Below, piece by piece: positions 36,519-46,666 of a DNA stretch of 64,000 nt. Numbering within the stretch: the stretch's first letter is position 1; each line of letters begins with the position of its first letter. The position numbers and the translations under genes are program-made. Below the pieces are notes generated by a model, which made no database searches, was not told the DNA's origin, and was given only the letters and a program-made list of their open reading frames with translations. Source of the DNA: an uncultured virus (IMG/VR IMGVR_UViG_3300023081_000006) (taxonomy: Duplodnaviria; Heunggongvirae; Uroviricota; Caudoviricetes); IMG/VR virus record IMGVR_UViG_3300023081_000006; one strand, 5' to 3'.

Positions 36519-37784
36519 TTACATAAGGTTTGTAACCTTAACTGATCTGTAGTATTGGTTTCTATCTGCAGTAAAGTTATCTGCGTCTGTAGAACCATCG
36601 GATGCCAATACAAACGGGTTAGCGATCATTCCATATCGAGTTTTGAAACCGATTTTAGGCTGGAATGTGCTAGGATCAATTGCTCTGACCATCTGTAAAG
36701 GAACATACGGACAGTAGAAAAGACCTGCGTCATAAGGGCTAGTTCCTTTGTAACCTACAACATAGAACTGGCTAGCAGCGCCTGTGTTTGCAGAATAAGG
36801 ATCAATGTATACTCTGTAGCGACCGTTTAATACACCAGCGAAAGTGTTACCTGTGTCATCAACGTTTAAGTTAGTTGAAAGTGCTGGAGCGTAGTCAAGT
36901 ACACCTGCCATTGCCATTGCAGAAGCTACGTCTGCGGAACAGATAATAAAGTTACCTTTTCCTCTACGTGTGTCTTGTGCAATTACGTTAGCGTCTCTTT
37001 CGATGTTGAACAATAAGCCCTTGAATCTTTCAACTGACCAACGTCCATTTGCATCAACGTCTAAGTCAAAAGTACCAGGGGTTGCTGTAGAAGCAGAACC
37101 TGTTTTAGCTACTTTGTAAATAGTTCTAATAACTTCTCTGTTGATTTCAGCTAAGATCTCTTGAGAGAGGATGTTAGAAAGTTCTGATTCTGCATCAAGA
37201 CCATGAATAGCTTTAAGGTCCTGTGCAAGTTCAACAGTGTATTCTGCTTTCAGTGCTCTGGACTTAGCTGTAACGGTTGTCTTCTCGATCGAGAAAGCCA
37301 TTTCGTTAAGTGTTGTAGAGTCACCAAAACCTTCTGCTGTAGAAGTAGAAACACCATTACCTGTTGTGTAAGTACCATCAACAGGGTTGGAGCCGGCATG
37401 TGTGCCTGCGCCAGAGAAGTCTGTATCGGCTTCGTTGAACAGGGCTTCTGTGCCTGTCTGAGAAGAGTAGTGAGACTTCATGGCAAAGATTAAGCCTGTA
37501 GGTCCAGTCATTGGCTGAACACCACAAACATCATAAGCCATAAGATTAGGCAATGCACGTCTAACTAAGCTGATCAAAATAGGATCATAGTTATCAATGC
37601 TTGAACCTGTTTGGTTTGCGTGTGTTGCTTCGAAAAGAGCAGCCTTTTCTTCACGAAGAGCTTTCTCTTGGTTTTCGAGAACAACTGTGGTTACTGCCTT
37701 TTTGTAGCTATCTTTGATCTCAGAAAGATCAGGATGAGCTAAAACTGGCTCCCACTTTTTTTGTAGTTCTTCTGTTAGAAACAT
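36519..37784 (-). CDS. gp23: Major capsid protein
   Basis: GVQPMTGPTGLIFAM, SRALKAEYT, YCPYVPLQM, FQPKIGFKTRYG. Confidence 0.99.
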   Translation of the reverse strand: MFLTEELQKKWEPVLAHPDLSEIKDSYKKAVTTVVLENQEKALREEKAALFEATHANQTGSSIDNYDPILISLVRRALPNLMAYDVCGVQPMTGPTGLIFAMKSHYSSQTGTEALFNEADTDFSGAGTHAGSNPVDGTYTTGNGVSTSTAEGFGDSTTLNEMAFSIEKTTVTAKSRALKAEYTVELAQDLKAIHGLDAESELSNILSQEILAEINREVIRTIYKVAKTGSASTATPGTFDLDVDANGRWSVERFKGLLFNIERDANVIAQDTRRGKGNFIICSADVASAMAMAGVLDYAPALSTNLNVDDTGNTFAGVLNGRYRVYIDPYSANTGAASQFYVVGYKGTSPYDAGLFYCPYVPLQMVRAIDPSTFQPKIGFKTRYGMIANPFVLASDGSTDADNFTADRNQYYRSVKVTNLM

Positions 37785-37828
37785 TTAAATTTCTCCTTGT
37801 TTTTACAGTTACTATTATATAACTTATT

Positions 37829-37836
37829 TATTTATA
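37829..37836 (-). promoter_or_regulatory. Late promoter TATAAATA (gp23)
   Basis: Exact consensus, intergenic. Confidence 0.85.
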
Positions 37837-37852
37837 ATAAATTACTTTTTGA

Positions 37853-39037
37853 TTAAAACTTTTGCGACTTAGAAATAGCTGCTGTGTATCTAGACATTAC
37901 ACTATTTTCAACTAAAGCTTCAGCCTCAACAGTATCCTCTAACTTCTCAGAATCAACTGACTGCTCTTTGGGGAAATAATTTTCCTTAACTACAGTAAGT
38001 TTCTGTCTGTAAAGCTCTTCGCTACCATAAGAAATATCTTCTACTAACGATGCAAATTTCTCTGCCTCTGTAGAAGCTAAGTCTTCAGCTACTTCAGCGA
38101 AAACTCTTTCTTTCTTAAGTTGGTTAGCTTCGTTACTAAGTTCAACGTTGCTCTCGGTTTGCTCGTTTAAACGAGATTCCAATTCGTCGATCTTTTGCTG
38201 CATCTCACCAAGAACATCATATTTTTCTTCTGGAAGTTCAATGTAGTGCTCTGTGAACACCTGTTGCATGCTCTTAATAAAGGACTCAGTAACTTCTGTT
38301 CTGATTCCACTCTCAAGTGCAAGCTCATTTTCCTTCATCCAGTTCTCAGTAACATAAGAGAGGTATTTGTCGATGCTCTCAACTAATCCTTCTTTAGCTG
38401 CTTCAAATTCTGTGTTAAACTGTTCAGTAAGTTCGGCTTCAATAGCCTCGACTTCTGATGTGACACGTGCTGTTAAAACTGCCTCAAAAATGTTTGCGGC
38501 CTTAACTTTGAACTCTTCGCTGAGATGTTCTTCGTCTGCGAACAAGGCTTCTAGGTCAGCCTCGAAAAGTGCTTCGGCTTCTTCATCAGTGTCTTCTTCT
38601 ACAAGTTCTTCAGCTTCGGCTTCAACTTCCTCAACTTCATCTTCTTGCAAAACTTCTTCTTCTGCTTCTGCTTCAACAACTTCGTCTTCAACAATAACTT
38701 CTTCTTCTGACTCTTCAACTTCTTCTTGGTGAACGTTACCAGCAGATGTAGACTGAGCTACAACTTTTCTGGGGTCTTCCTTATCGTCGAAGTTAGGTGC
38801 CTTACCAGCGCCTTGTCCTGCTGGAAGAGTATTGTCTTTAGAAGACTTAGCAGATGCTGCCTTTCCTACCTCTGATGTTAATCCGCCTTCTGCATTGCCA
38901 GTACCACTAAGGTCTTGCATTTCAGGATTTGGATTAGAATCGCCTTGGGTAGGGTTAGTAGCATCACCTTGCTGCTTATCTAAAGGACGGTTTGCGGCGC
39001 CCTCCATAAGTTCTCTAATTTTGGATTCTACTCCCAT
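37853..39037 (-). CDS. gp22: Prohead core scaffold protein
   Basis: LSEEFK...IFEA, YVTENWMKEN, VKENYF; highly acidic. Confidence 0.93.
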   Translation of the reverse strand: MGVESKIRELMEGAANRPLDKQQGDATNPTQGDSNPNPEMQDLSGTGNAEGGLTSEVGKAASAKSSKDNTLPAGQGAGKAPNFDDKEDPRKVVAQSTSAGNVHQEEVEESEEEVIVEDEVVEAEAEEEVLQEDEVEEVEAEAEELVEEDTDEEAEALFEADLEALFADEEHLSEEFKVKAANIFEAVLTARVTSEVEAIEAELTEQFNTEFEAAKEGLVESIDKYLSYVTENWMKENELALESGIRTEVTESFIKSMQQVFTEHYIELPEEKYDVLGEMQQKIDELESRLNEQTESNVELSNEANQLKKERVFAEVAEDLASTEAEKFASLVEDISYGSEELYRQKLTVVKENYFPKEQSVDSEKLEDTVEAEALVENSVMSRYTAAISKSQKF

Positions 39038-39079
39038 TGTTTTCTCCCTTTTACGGTTGTTTAGTTTACTTCTAAATTA

Positions 39080-39087
39080 TATTTATA
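39080..39087 (-). promoter_or_regulatory. Late promoter TATAAATA (gp22)
   Basis: Exact consensus, intergenic. Confidence 0.8.
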
Positions 39088-39092
39088 TTTAT

Positions 39093-39755
39093 TTAAATTT
39101 TGGACAATTTATTCAAGAAACTTTCAAAAACTTTTAACTTTGTTGCCTCAAGTTCTCTTGACTGAGCCTTTTTAATGGCTTCCTGTGCTAAATAAGCGTC
39201 TTGTTCTTTCCAAACACCATTAACAAAAGCCCACTCTTTATTCTCCATAATACCACGTACAAAGGCGTCTGGTGCTGAGGGGTCAGCTACAATGTCTGCT
39301 GCTGTTGCTAACATAAAATCGTCCTGGACTTCGTTAACACCATCCTTGGTCTCTTTAAGAGTACCTAACCCTCTTGAGCTAACACCAAGGTTAGCACCTT
39401 CGTCTATAAGTTCCTTGACGATTCTACCCATAGGCGTGTCAAGAATCTTTGCCTTTCCAATAAAATTGTCTCCGTCCTCTTTTAGACCGACAATCATATG
39501 TGAAACTCTATCTAAATTAATTGTAGGACCATCAGGGTGACCAAGTTCGCCGTAGGCACGTTTTTTGTCGATGTTCTCTTTAGTGTAACGTGCAACCTCT
39601 TTCTCCATGATCTCTCTAGGATACATACGTCCATTTCTGTTTGTAATGTTAGACTGTAAGAAAGGCCCTTCAATAAAGTAAGACTTCTTACCTGTCTCTT
39701 CATTTAACTCAGAAAGGTATTTAATTTCTTCTGTTACTTCTGTAATAAGTTTCAT
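39093..39755 (-). CDS. gp21: Prohead protease
   Basis: NRNGRMY, GELGHP, GVSSRGLG, DIVADPSAPDA. Confidence 0.97.
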   Translation of the reverse strand: MKLITEVTEEIKYLSELNEETGKKSYFIEGPFLQSNITNRNGRMYPREIMEKEVARYTKENIDKKRAYGELGHPDGPTINLDRVSHMIVGLKEDGDNFIGKAKILDTPMGRIVKELIDEGANLGVSSRGLGTLKETKDGVNEVQDDFMLATAADIVADPSAPDAFVRGIMENKEWAFVNGVWKEQDAYLAQEAIKKAQSRELEATKLKVFESFLNKLSKI

Positions 39756-39756
39756 G

Positions 39757-40146
39757 TTATCCTAAACTCCCTAAAGCACCTTGATGCTGTTGTGATCCAT
39801 AACCTGCGGATTTGTTAAGTTCGAGAATGAGAACTGCATCACCATTAGAAATATTAATGTCAATGTCTGATGTGTTTTCTGTGTTCTCAACGAAACCATA
39901 CCAATCGGTAAACCCTACACCGTGCAAGTGTGCAATAGTTGTGCCGTTTCTAGCAATTGTAATTGCAGAGTTTTTATCGCAGTACCAGTGTATCTTTGTA
40001 ATGTTTACTTCTGGTGTGCCTACCGTTTCGGATGCCTTTTTGATATCAACATCCAAGTCGATTGTCCCTGTGTCCCCGCCAGTTCCGCTGACTCTGACGA
40101 CGGCTTGGACTTGTGTCAACTTTAAATTAGAACTAGCGAATGCCAT
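39757..40146 (-). CDS. Hypothetical protein in the head module
   Basis: 129 aa, SD GGAG; lies between gp20 and gp21. Confidence 0.7.
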   Translation of the reverse strand: MAFASSNLKLTQVQAVVRVSGTGGDTGTIDLDVDIKKASETVGTPEVNITKIHWYCDKNSAITIARNGTTIAHLHGVGFTDWYGFVENTENTSDIDINISNGDAVLILELNKSAGYGSQQHQGALGSLG

Positions 40147-40168
40147 CTATGTGTCTCCCGGTTATTAA

Positions 40169-40468
40169 TTACTTCTTCTTATGATTACCGTGAGAGCCTT
40201 CTTCCAAAACTTCTACATCTGGATCGTCTATCTCTACGGTTTCTACTCCATGCTCAAACATTACTTTGTACCAAGAAACATGCCCCAAGTCATCTGGTTG
40301 TGCATGTTCCCCTAAAATAGGTGTACCCTCTTTCCACTCTTTGTGGAAAATTTTGCTTGCGCACATGTGTTGATCGCCTGGCAAAGAACCTTTCTCTACG
40401 CCATCAACAGGTGCCTCAGCGATGTCATCTACTTCAACACCATTTCTAAAATCTTTAAACGTCTTCAT
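40169..40468 (-). CDS. Hypothetical head-module protein
   Basis: MKTFKDF start typical of T4-like head internal proteins; WYKVMFEHG. Confidence 0.65.
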   Translation of the reverse strand: MKTFKDFRNGVEVDDIAEAPVDGVEKGSLPGDQHMCASKIFHKEWKEGTPILGEHAQPDDLGHVSWYKVMFEHGVETVEIDDPDVEVLEEGSHGNHKKK

Positions 40469-40733
40469 CGTCGTCTCCTGTTTGTTGGTCTAGATCCACA
40501 GTTTCAGGTTCTGCGGCTGGGTCCACTTCATGTATGTGTTCCTCGCCGTCTGCCAAACCCATTGCTTGCAAATCTGGATTTTTAAATACGGATGAAGCTA
40601 ATTCTGCCTTAAAATCATTGATAGCATTATTAGCTCTATCCTGCATAATTGAATTAAACTTGTCCTGGACCTCACTAGCTTTTCCACTAGCAATGCTGTC
40701 CATCATATCTTTAATCGCCTGTTGTTGGTCCAT
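40455..40733 (-). CDS. Prohead core protein (gp67-like)
   Basis: Small acidic protein directly downstream of the portal gene. Confidence 0.6.
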   Translation of the reverse strand: MDQQQAIKDMMDSIASGKASEVQDKFNSIMQDRANNAINDFKAELASSVFKNPDLQAMGLADGEEHIHEVDPAAEPETVDLDQQTGDDDEDV

Positions 40734-42228
40734 TATCTTCTCCTTCTTGATCTGGATTAAGAGGCTGTTCTAACATCATCTCTCTTTCCATTTCTTCAAT
40801 CTCTTCATCTGTTAGCATTAAAATATTTTTTTGTACATACTTTTTGCTGTACAATGTGCCTATATAACTAGACACTCCGTTTAAAACTTCTACCCTGCTT
40901 CTTAAAATCTCTTGATTTTTTGACTCTGTATAATAAGCGTCAGAAGCAAATTCGTATATAATGTCATCTCTGATAGATTTCCAATCTTCTTCTGTAATTA
41001 CTTTCTTTAAAACTAATTGTGTCTTAAGCAAGTCATCAAAGATGATAGCAAATTTATTTCTTAACTTAGCAACGAACTTTGTAAATTTTAATTCGTCTCT
41101 ATTAATTTCTGCAGCTCTGCCAAAGTTTAAACCTGCTTGCTGCTGTAGGCGAGAAACCGGAACATTTAAAGACTGATACAATTTCTTTTGAAAGTATTCA
41201 ACGTCCTCAATCTGCCCCAAGTTTTGTCCGGCGGGGAGTGTGTCTATATTTGTGCCGTTGCTACCTTCTCTACGTGGAAGCCAAAAATCTTCCAACATAG
41301 ACATAAACTTCTTATCGTCTCTAATCTCGCCAGTGGATGCATCGTATACTAACTTATTACGATAACGATCCATAATGTCTTTTAGATATTGTTCTGCCTT
41401 TTGCGCTGGCAAGTTACCAACATCTACATAAAATATCCTTCGTTCTGGCGCCCTTGTAATACGATAAATTACAACAGCGTTTTCCATCATTCTAAGTTGA
41501 TTAGCGGGCCTTATTGCCTTATGTAAGTAAGATAAAGCAATTCCTTTATCTTGATCTACTAATCCACTTGGCGCGTATGTTATCGCGTCTTTAGTAATCT
41601 TTAAGGCCTGATCGTTAGCTGTGGCCTTATATTGTCCTGGCTTATTAGCAATGCCTTTGTCATTAAAAATAAAGAACTCTTCTACACTCTTAACAAACTG
41701 TATACCATCTGCGTTCTTTTCTTTTTTAACTTCTCGGACCTTTGTAATTTTTCTAGGGTCAATATATCTAATGTCCCTAATACCTTGCCGAGGCTTTTCC
41801 ATGTCGATAACTTTGTGGAAGTACATTCTTCCATCAATGTACCAACGTCTAAAGTAATCCTGTGCTCTATTTTTAAAATCTAAAATATCTGTTATATTTT
41901 CAAACTCTGCTAGAATTTGTTTTTTAACAGAAGCACTTAATTGTACCTTATCCAAATTTAAAGTAATTGGATCTTCATCTTCTAAATTACTTAGACTATC
42001 ATTGACAATATCCTCAATGGCAGCATCCACGTCAGCCATTAAGGATATGTCTCTATACCTTTTAATAAGCTCGGCTTCATTATTAGCAACCCCTTCTATA
42101 TCTAGATAGGTGCCGTAATAGCCACCGGCTCTAATGCTCTCTACTGAGCCCTCGTCGGAAGGAGCCACAAAGGATTTCTCACTTTGTGGCATCTTCTCTC
42201 GAGTTATGTTAAACCCAAAAATCTTCAT
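40711..42228 (-). CDS. gp20: Portal protein
   Basis: RRWYIDGR, YRITRAPERRIFYVDVGN, EDFWLPRREG. Confidence 0.98.
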   Translation of the reverse strand: MKIFGFNITREKMPQSEKSFVAPSDEGSVESIRAGGYYGTYLDIEGVANNEAELIKRYRDISLMADVDAAIEDIVNDSLSNLEDEDPITLNLDKVQLSASVKKQILAEFENITDILDFKNRAQDYFRRWYIDGRMYFHKVIDMEKPRQGIRDIRYIDPRKITKVREVKKEKNADGIQFVKSVEEFFIFNDKGIANKPGQYKATANDQALKITKDAITYAPSGLVDQDKGIALSYLHKAIRPANQLRMMENAVVIYRITRAPERRIFYVDVGNLPAQKAEQYLKDIMDRYRNKLVYDASTGEIRDDKKFMSMLEDFWLPRREGSNGTNIDTLPAGQNLGQIEDVEYFQKKLYQSLNVPVSRLQQQAGLNFGRAAEINRDELKFTKFVAKLRNKFAIIFDDLLKTQLVLKKVITEEDWKSIRDDIIYEFASDAYYTESKNQEILRSRVEVLNGVSSYIGTLYSKKYVQKNILMLTDEEIEEMEREMMLEQPLNPDQEGEDNGPTTGD

Positions 42229-42253
42229 ATTATATTAAACTCTTACGGTCGCC

Positions 42254-42769
42254 TTAAACGACGTCGTAATTCTGGTACTGGAATGTAACTGTAAACTCTT
42301 CGATAATATCGTTCTGTGCATACTGGAGTGCAATTTCTGACATTTGAATCGGAAATGCACTTCTTAATGTATATGTGCCGCCTGGCAATACATCGTCGTT
42401 ACGGTCCAAGTGCTGAACTACGATATCGGCTTGGTAATCTGATGGATTTAGAGTACCTTCGTTATCTTCTTTGCCGTTCATCCCTTCCATCCAGAGTTCG
42501 AAAGCTTGTCTTAAAGACTGGCTTGTGTCGTTTACAATAGTAATTGTCCACGGATCGAAAATTCTTTCGCCTGCCAATTTTACTTCACGACCTCTGTACT
42601 GTATAATAGCTGGGTTAACAGTTGAAGCAGGAAGTGCTGCACCTGTAACCAATAAGCTATATGACGGATCAACGCCTGGAACATAACTAGGGAAGCCTAA
42701 TAACACCCTAAACTGATTAGGACGTGCTCCACCTGCGCCAAGTCGGGCTTTAAATTCTGAAATATTCAT
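42254..42769 (-). CDS. gp19: Tail tube protein
   Basis: GGARPNQF, WTITIVND, IEEFTVTFQY. Confidence 0.96.
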   Translation of the reverse strand: MNISEFKARLGAGGARPNQFRVLLGFPSYVPGVDPSYSLLVTGAALPASTVNPAIIQYRGREVKLAGERIFDPWTITIVNDTSQSLRQAFELWMEGMNGKEDNEGTLNPSDYQADIVVQHLDRNDDVLPGGTYTLRSAFPIQMSEIALQYAQNDIIEEFTVTFQYQNYDVV

Positions 42770-42790
42770 TAATGTCTCCTATTTACTTTT

Positions 42791-42798
42791 TATTTATA
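42791..42798 (-). promoter_or_regulatory. Late promoter TATAAATA (gp19)
   Basis: Exact consensus, intergenic. Confidence 0.85.
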
Positions 42799-42802
42799 AC
42801 CC

Positions 42803-44497
42803 TTAAGCGCCAACTTCCTCAAAAGAAACTCCTGTTCTTGTTGCGATGAAGTTAAGTTGAATAAAGTTAATAGACTTCGCAGGCTTCAAGTAAATGTCTG
42901 CAACAAACTCTTGTCTGTCAATTACTTCTTGAGTATTGTTGTTTTCATTACATACCACTTTAAAGTCATATAAACCTTTTCTGCCTTGAACGTCTCTCAA
43001 GAAAGGCTCTACTAAGCTAGTGAACTGTGCTCTTGTGAAAGCATCGTTAAATTCAAATAGCTGGAACTTAGCTGCTGTAGCTATTGCTTTTTCTAATACA
43101 ATAAACAATCTTCTAACGTTGATTCTGTCGAAAGCGGAAGGCTTGTCTAACATAGTTCTGTCACCAAATAACAGGATGCCAGAGCCAGGGAAACCAACAA
43201 TCGGGTTAACGCCTGCTTTGTAAATTGTATCTCTGTCTGTTTTCTTAGGTGAGTAAGCTAGTTTAACAGCATTCTTAATTTGACCTCTGTTGTAACCTGC
43301 TGGCGAATACCAAGGATCTGCTACTGTGTCAGTAATAACACAAAGTCCTGCGGTGTCACCGTTACAAGGAACAGTTCTATAAATGTCGTTGTATCTGTCG
43401 TACATTACTTTCCATCCACTGTCCATAACGGAGTAAGATGTTGTAGTGTAAGAATTTCTATCAGAAACAATGTCTGCTGCCTCTGAACCTGCGTTGTTTA
43501 CTACGCTAGATCTCTGAGGTGAAACAAATGTTAAACAGTCTTTTCTTACTGTAGAAACATTGTCCTGAATCCACTTACCTACTGTAATGCTATGTCCTGC
43601 GGCCATGATCAAGGAAACGTCTACCTGCTCATCATTAGCAAATAGTTCGTAACCATTCTGAAGATCTCCGTCGCTAGGAGCTGCATCTGCGCCTGCTTGT
43701 AAAGAAGCATCTGCTACAGATGGTGCAATGTCCGTATCGTCCAAGACCTGGAACGTTGTTCCTGCCATGGTAGAACCCCAGTTAGATGCAGAAGCATCTT
43801 TCTTGGCTGGGTGATCCATCCAGTGAATCCACTCACTTTCACGATTAAGAACATTTTTATAATAGTTAGTTTCGCCCACAGAGTTTGTAGCGTCTACTGC
43901 TTTAGACAATCCTGCAAATTTTTCTAGGATTGTGCCTGCGACTCCTGTAATAGCTCCGTCTTCGTCAATGACGATAACGTGCATCTCATCTTGAGAACCG
44001 CCTGCTGCTGTAGCAGAAGCTGTGGTACCTGGAGTGTAATCGAAGTTACCTGCATAAGTCCACGTGCTAAAAGTTGCGCTGTCTGCGAAGGATACCTTAA
44101 TGCTATTGCCTAAGGTTCCTGGGAATTTTGCTGCCCACATACCAACAGAATTATTTCCGCCGGCGTGGTTAAAAGCGTAATCATCAGCGTTCGATACAAG
44201 TACGCCTGCTCCAGATGCTGTAGCATTTAAAGCAGTGCTTCCAACTTTACGCACAACCTGAAGGTTGTTGCCATAAGCAAGGAAAGAAGCAGCTGTAAAC
44301 CATACATCTGCTACGTCATTGTCAGGAACACCAAAGTATTTTCTTAAATTATTTTCTGAATCTATAGTGCGAATCTCGCCAACTGGACCCCACTTGAAAT
44401 AACCACAGATGCCGCCAGATGTGGTAGCGACCGCAGGTACTACAGTAGTTAAATCCTTTTCTGTAACGAGTACGCCTGGTGATAGCTGAAAAGCCAT
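42803..44497 (-). CDS. gp18: Tail sheath protein
   Basis: LSPGV, WYSPAGYNRG, FDRINVRRLF, KPAKSINFIQLNF. Confidence 0.98.
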   Translation of the reverse strand: MAFQLSPGVLVTEKDLTTVVPAVATTSGGICGYFKWGPVGEIRTIDSENNLRKYFGVPDNDVADVWFTAASFLAYGNNLQVVRKVGSTALNATASGAGVLVSNADDYAFNHAGGNNSVGMWAAKFPGTLGNSIKVSFADSATFSTWTYAGNFDYTPGTTASATAAGGSQDEMHVIVIDEDGAITGVAGTILEKFAGLSKAVDATNSVGETNYYKNVLNRESEWIHWMDHPAKKDASASNWGSTMAGTTFQVLDDTDIAPSVADASLQAGADAAPSDGDLQNGYELFANDEQVDVSLIMAAGHSITVGKWIQDNVSTVRKDCLTFVSPQRSSVVNNAGSEAADIVSDRNSYTTTSYSVMDSGWKVMYDRYNDIYRTVPCNGDTAGLCVITDTVADPWYSPAGYNRGQIKNAVKLAYSPKKTDRDTIYKAGVNPIVGFPGSGILLFGDRTMLDKPSAFDRINVRRLFIVLEKAIATAAKFQLFEFNDAFTRAQFTSLVEPFLRDVQGRKGLYDFKVVCNENNNTQEVIDRQEFVADIYLKPAKSINFIQLNFIATRTGVSFEEVGA

Positions 44498-44518
44498 GTT
44501 TTTCTCCTCGGTTTATTA

Positions 44519-44555
44519 TGAATGACACAAGTTTTGTTTCATTCAATTATTTATA
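44519..44555 (-). promoter_or_regulatory. Late promoter (44548-44555) followed by a 5' stem-loop for gp18
   Basis: TATAAATA, then a TGAATGA...TCATTCA inverted repeat at 44519-44545. Confidence 0.75.
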
Positions 44556-44559
44556 AAAA

Positions 44560-46206
44560 TTAAAATTTAAGTCCTAATTCCTGTACTTTTTTTGCGTATT
44601 CTTCGTCCAACAACCAGTAGTCTCCGCCAATAACTTCTCCTTCTGGCTCATCATTTGACTTACGCATAACAAATGGCGTAAGATTTTGCTGAATACTTTT
44701 CATTTGCTGGTTATATAATCCCTCTCTAGTGTTTACATCTGTTAATTCCTTAAAAAAAGGATTAGCAGATAACCAACCAAATAATACCATACACATTACA
44801 CAATCATCGTGATATCCTTCATCTGCCTGATAAGTATTACCTTTTTCAACAAACGTTGACATCTCATGTATAATGTCTGCGTCAAAACATAGAAGTTTTT
44901 GCTCTTCCATTAAAGATTTAAAAGCAAAACACCCCTGTCTCTTTACTTGTTTAGAAGTAGTTACTCCTAATTTAGTAGTTCTTCCAAAACCAGGAGACAC
45001 AAACTGTCGTCCTTTCTCGGTTACTGTACTAAAAATATTATCGTATTCTATTTCCTCATGTAATATTTGTACGACTTGTTGGCCTATGTCGTTTGTTTCT
45101 ACTAAGACATAAGCATTATTATAATCTTTTCCCACCTTAGATACCACTTCTGGGTATAACATAGGTGCGATCTTGTTATCTCTATACTTTGCTACAACCT
45201 TATAGGGCATTTCTGTTATATCAAAAACAACAAAGGCGGAATAATCTCCACCTATACCCCTAGCAGTGTCTACCGTTATAGCATAGAACCTATTTTCTTT
45301 AGGCTCTTCATATATATCCAAACCATTATTTTGAAAAACAGGATCAATTGAACTTAAATTAGCAATAGTTCTAGCATTAATAAGTGTATTAGATGACCCT
45401 AAAAATTCACATAAAACCTCTTGGTTGAATTTTAGCTCGCCAAGAAGTTTAAATTGTTCTTCTGCCCACTTCTCGTCTCTTCCTGGAATCTCGCTATAGT
45501 GAATAAAATGATTTACAAACCCATTAGCATTCTTTTCTGATTCGTTCCAAAACTTCCAGAAGTGGTTGTAACCCAATGGAGTAGATGTGAGAAGAATTTT
45601 TGTTGTCTCACCAGCAGAAATAGTAGGATAAACAGAAGCAAAAAACTCGTCTGCAACATTGTTTGGAATAATTGCCGCCTCATCAATGTATAGCCAGTTT
45701 ACAGATTTACCTCGAATACCTGAGGTTGTTGTTGCTGCTGTAAAAACTTTACAATTATTTTCTAACTCAACGTCACCCTTGTTCCATGTCTTTACACCTT
45801 GCTGCATCCATATTGGTAAATTCTCATACATAATTTGGTAACGAGATAATACTTCTCTAGCAGCCGCCGTCTTGTTACCCATTATAGCGACTGTTTTATC
45901 TTCCTGAAATATTGTGTACCATAAAATACAAGCTGCAGCTGTAACCGTTTTACCTTGCTGTCTGCCCTCCATTAAGATAACTTTACGATTTTTTAGAATA
46001 ATATCTACTTTTGTTTTTTGACAATCGTATAATTTAAAGAGTTGTAACCCTCTATCCAATGTGATAATTTGACAGAAGTTTTCTATAAAGTAGATTGGAT
46101 CTTCTTTACACTTAACATATTCTTGTAATTGTTCTTTGGTGAATTGATGTTGGTAACCGACGGCCTTTAGATTGGGATTGCCGTGGTAAGAGGTTTGATC
46201 TTCCAT
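44560..46206 (-). CDS. gp17: Terminase large subunit
   Basis: RQQGKT, YIDEAA, STPLG, GYHDDCVM. Confidence 0.98.
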   Translation of the reverse strand: MEDQTSYHGNPNLKAVGYQHQFTKEQLQEYVKCKEDPIYFIENFCQIITLDRGLQLFKLYDCQKTKVDIILKNRKVILMEGRQQGKTVTAAACILWYTIFQEDKTVAIMGNKTAAAREVLSRYQIMYENLPIWMQQGVKTWNKGDVELENNCKVFTAATTTSGIRGKSVNWLYIDEAAIIPNNVADEFFASVYPTISAGETTKILLTSTPLGYNHFWKFWNESEKNANGFVNHFIHYSEIPGRDEKWAEEQFKLLGELKFNQEVLCEFLGSSNTLINARTIANLSSIDPVFQNNGLDIYEEPKENRFYAITVDTARGIGGDYSAFVVFDITEMPYKVVAKYRDNKIAPMLYPEVVSKVGKDYNNAYVLVETNDIGQQVVQILHEEIEYDNIFSTVTEKGRQFVSPGFGRTTKLGVTTSKQVKRQGCFAFKSLMEEQKLLCFDADIIHEMSTFVEKGNTYQADEGYHDDCVMCMVLFGWLSANPFFKELTDVNTREGLYNQQMKSIQQNLTPFVMRKSNDEPEGEVIGGDYWLLDEEYAKKVQELGLKF

Positions 46207-46213
46207 ACTTTAT

Positions 46214-46666
46214 TTACCCCTCAATAACTTTCGGATCTTTTTCTTCTCTACCAAGTGCCTTTAAAAGATCTTTTGTGCTTCCAACAAATAGATTATTATT
46301 TGTTACCTTTGAAGACTTTCCTGTCTCACCTTTAACTCTTTTTGCTTTGTCCTGCACGTCTAACATACCCTGTGCATTGTCTTGTAGAGTTTTAATTAAC
46401 TGTCCTGCAACCTCATAAGCCCTAGGGTGATCACTATTTTTTGCGATATTAAGGATGCCCTGTATTGCCTCTTCACTATAAGTAGCTGTTCTTTTTAAAA
46501 TATCTCTGGCTTCTTGAAAATCTGATTCTAACTGCTTATCATGCGTTTCAGCAGGAACAGGCAAATCCTTTTCTTCCCTAACTTTAGTTAATGTCTTATC
46601 TAAAGCAGCCGTAGGACTTGTTTTAAATTTTTTATCTAATTTCTCAAATGGATTTTCAGCCGACAT
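46214..46666 (-). CDS. gp16: Terminase small subunit
   Basis: HPRAYEVAGQLIK, NNLFVGSTKDL. Confidence 0.93.
   Translation of the reverse strand: MSAENPFEKLDKKFKTSPTAALDKTLTKVREEKDLPVPAETHDKQLESDFQEARDILKRTATYSEEAIQGILNIAKNSDHPRAYEVAGQLIKTLQDNAQGMLDVQDKAKRVKGETGKSSKVTNNNLFVGSTKDLLKALGREEKDPKVIEG

Noticed and set aside
2225..45841. Many 60-125 aa plus-strand and nested alternative-frame ORFs in the track
   Set aside because: They lie within well-supported minus-strand core genes and are expected from codon bias.
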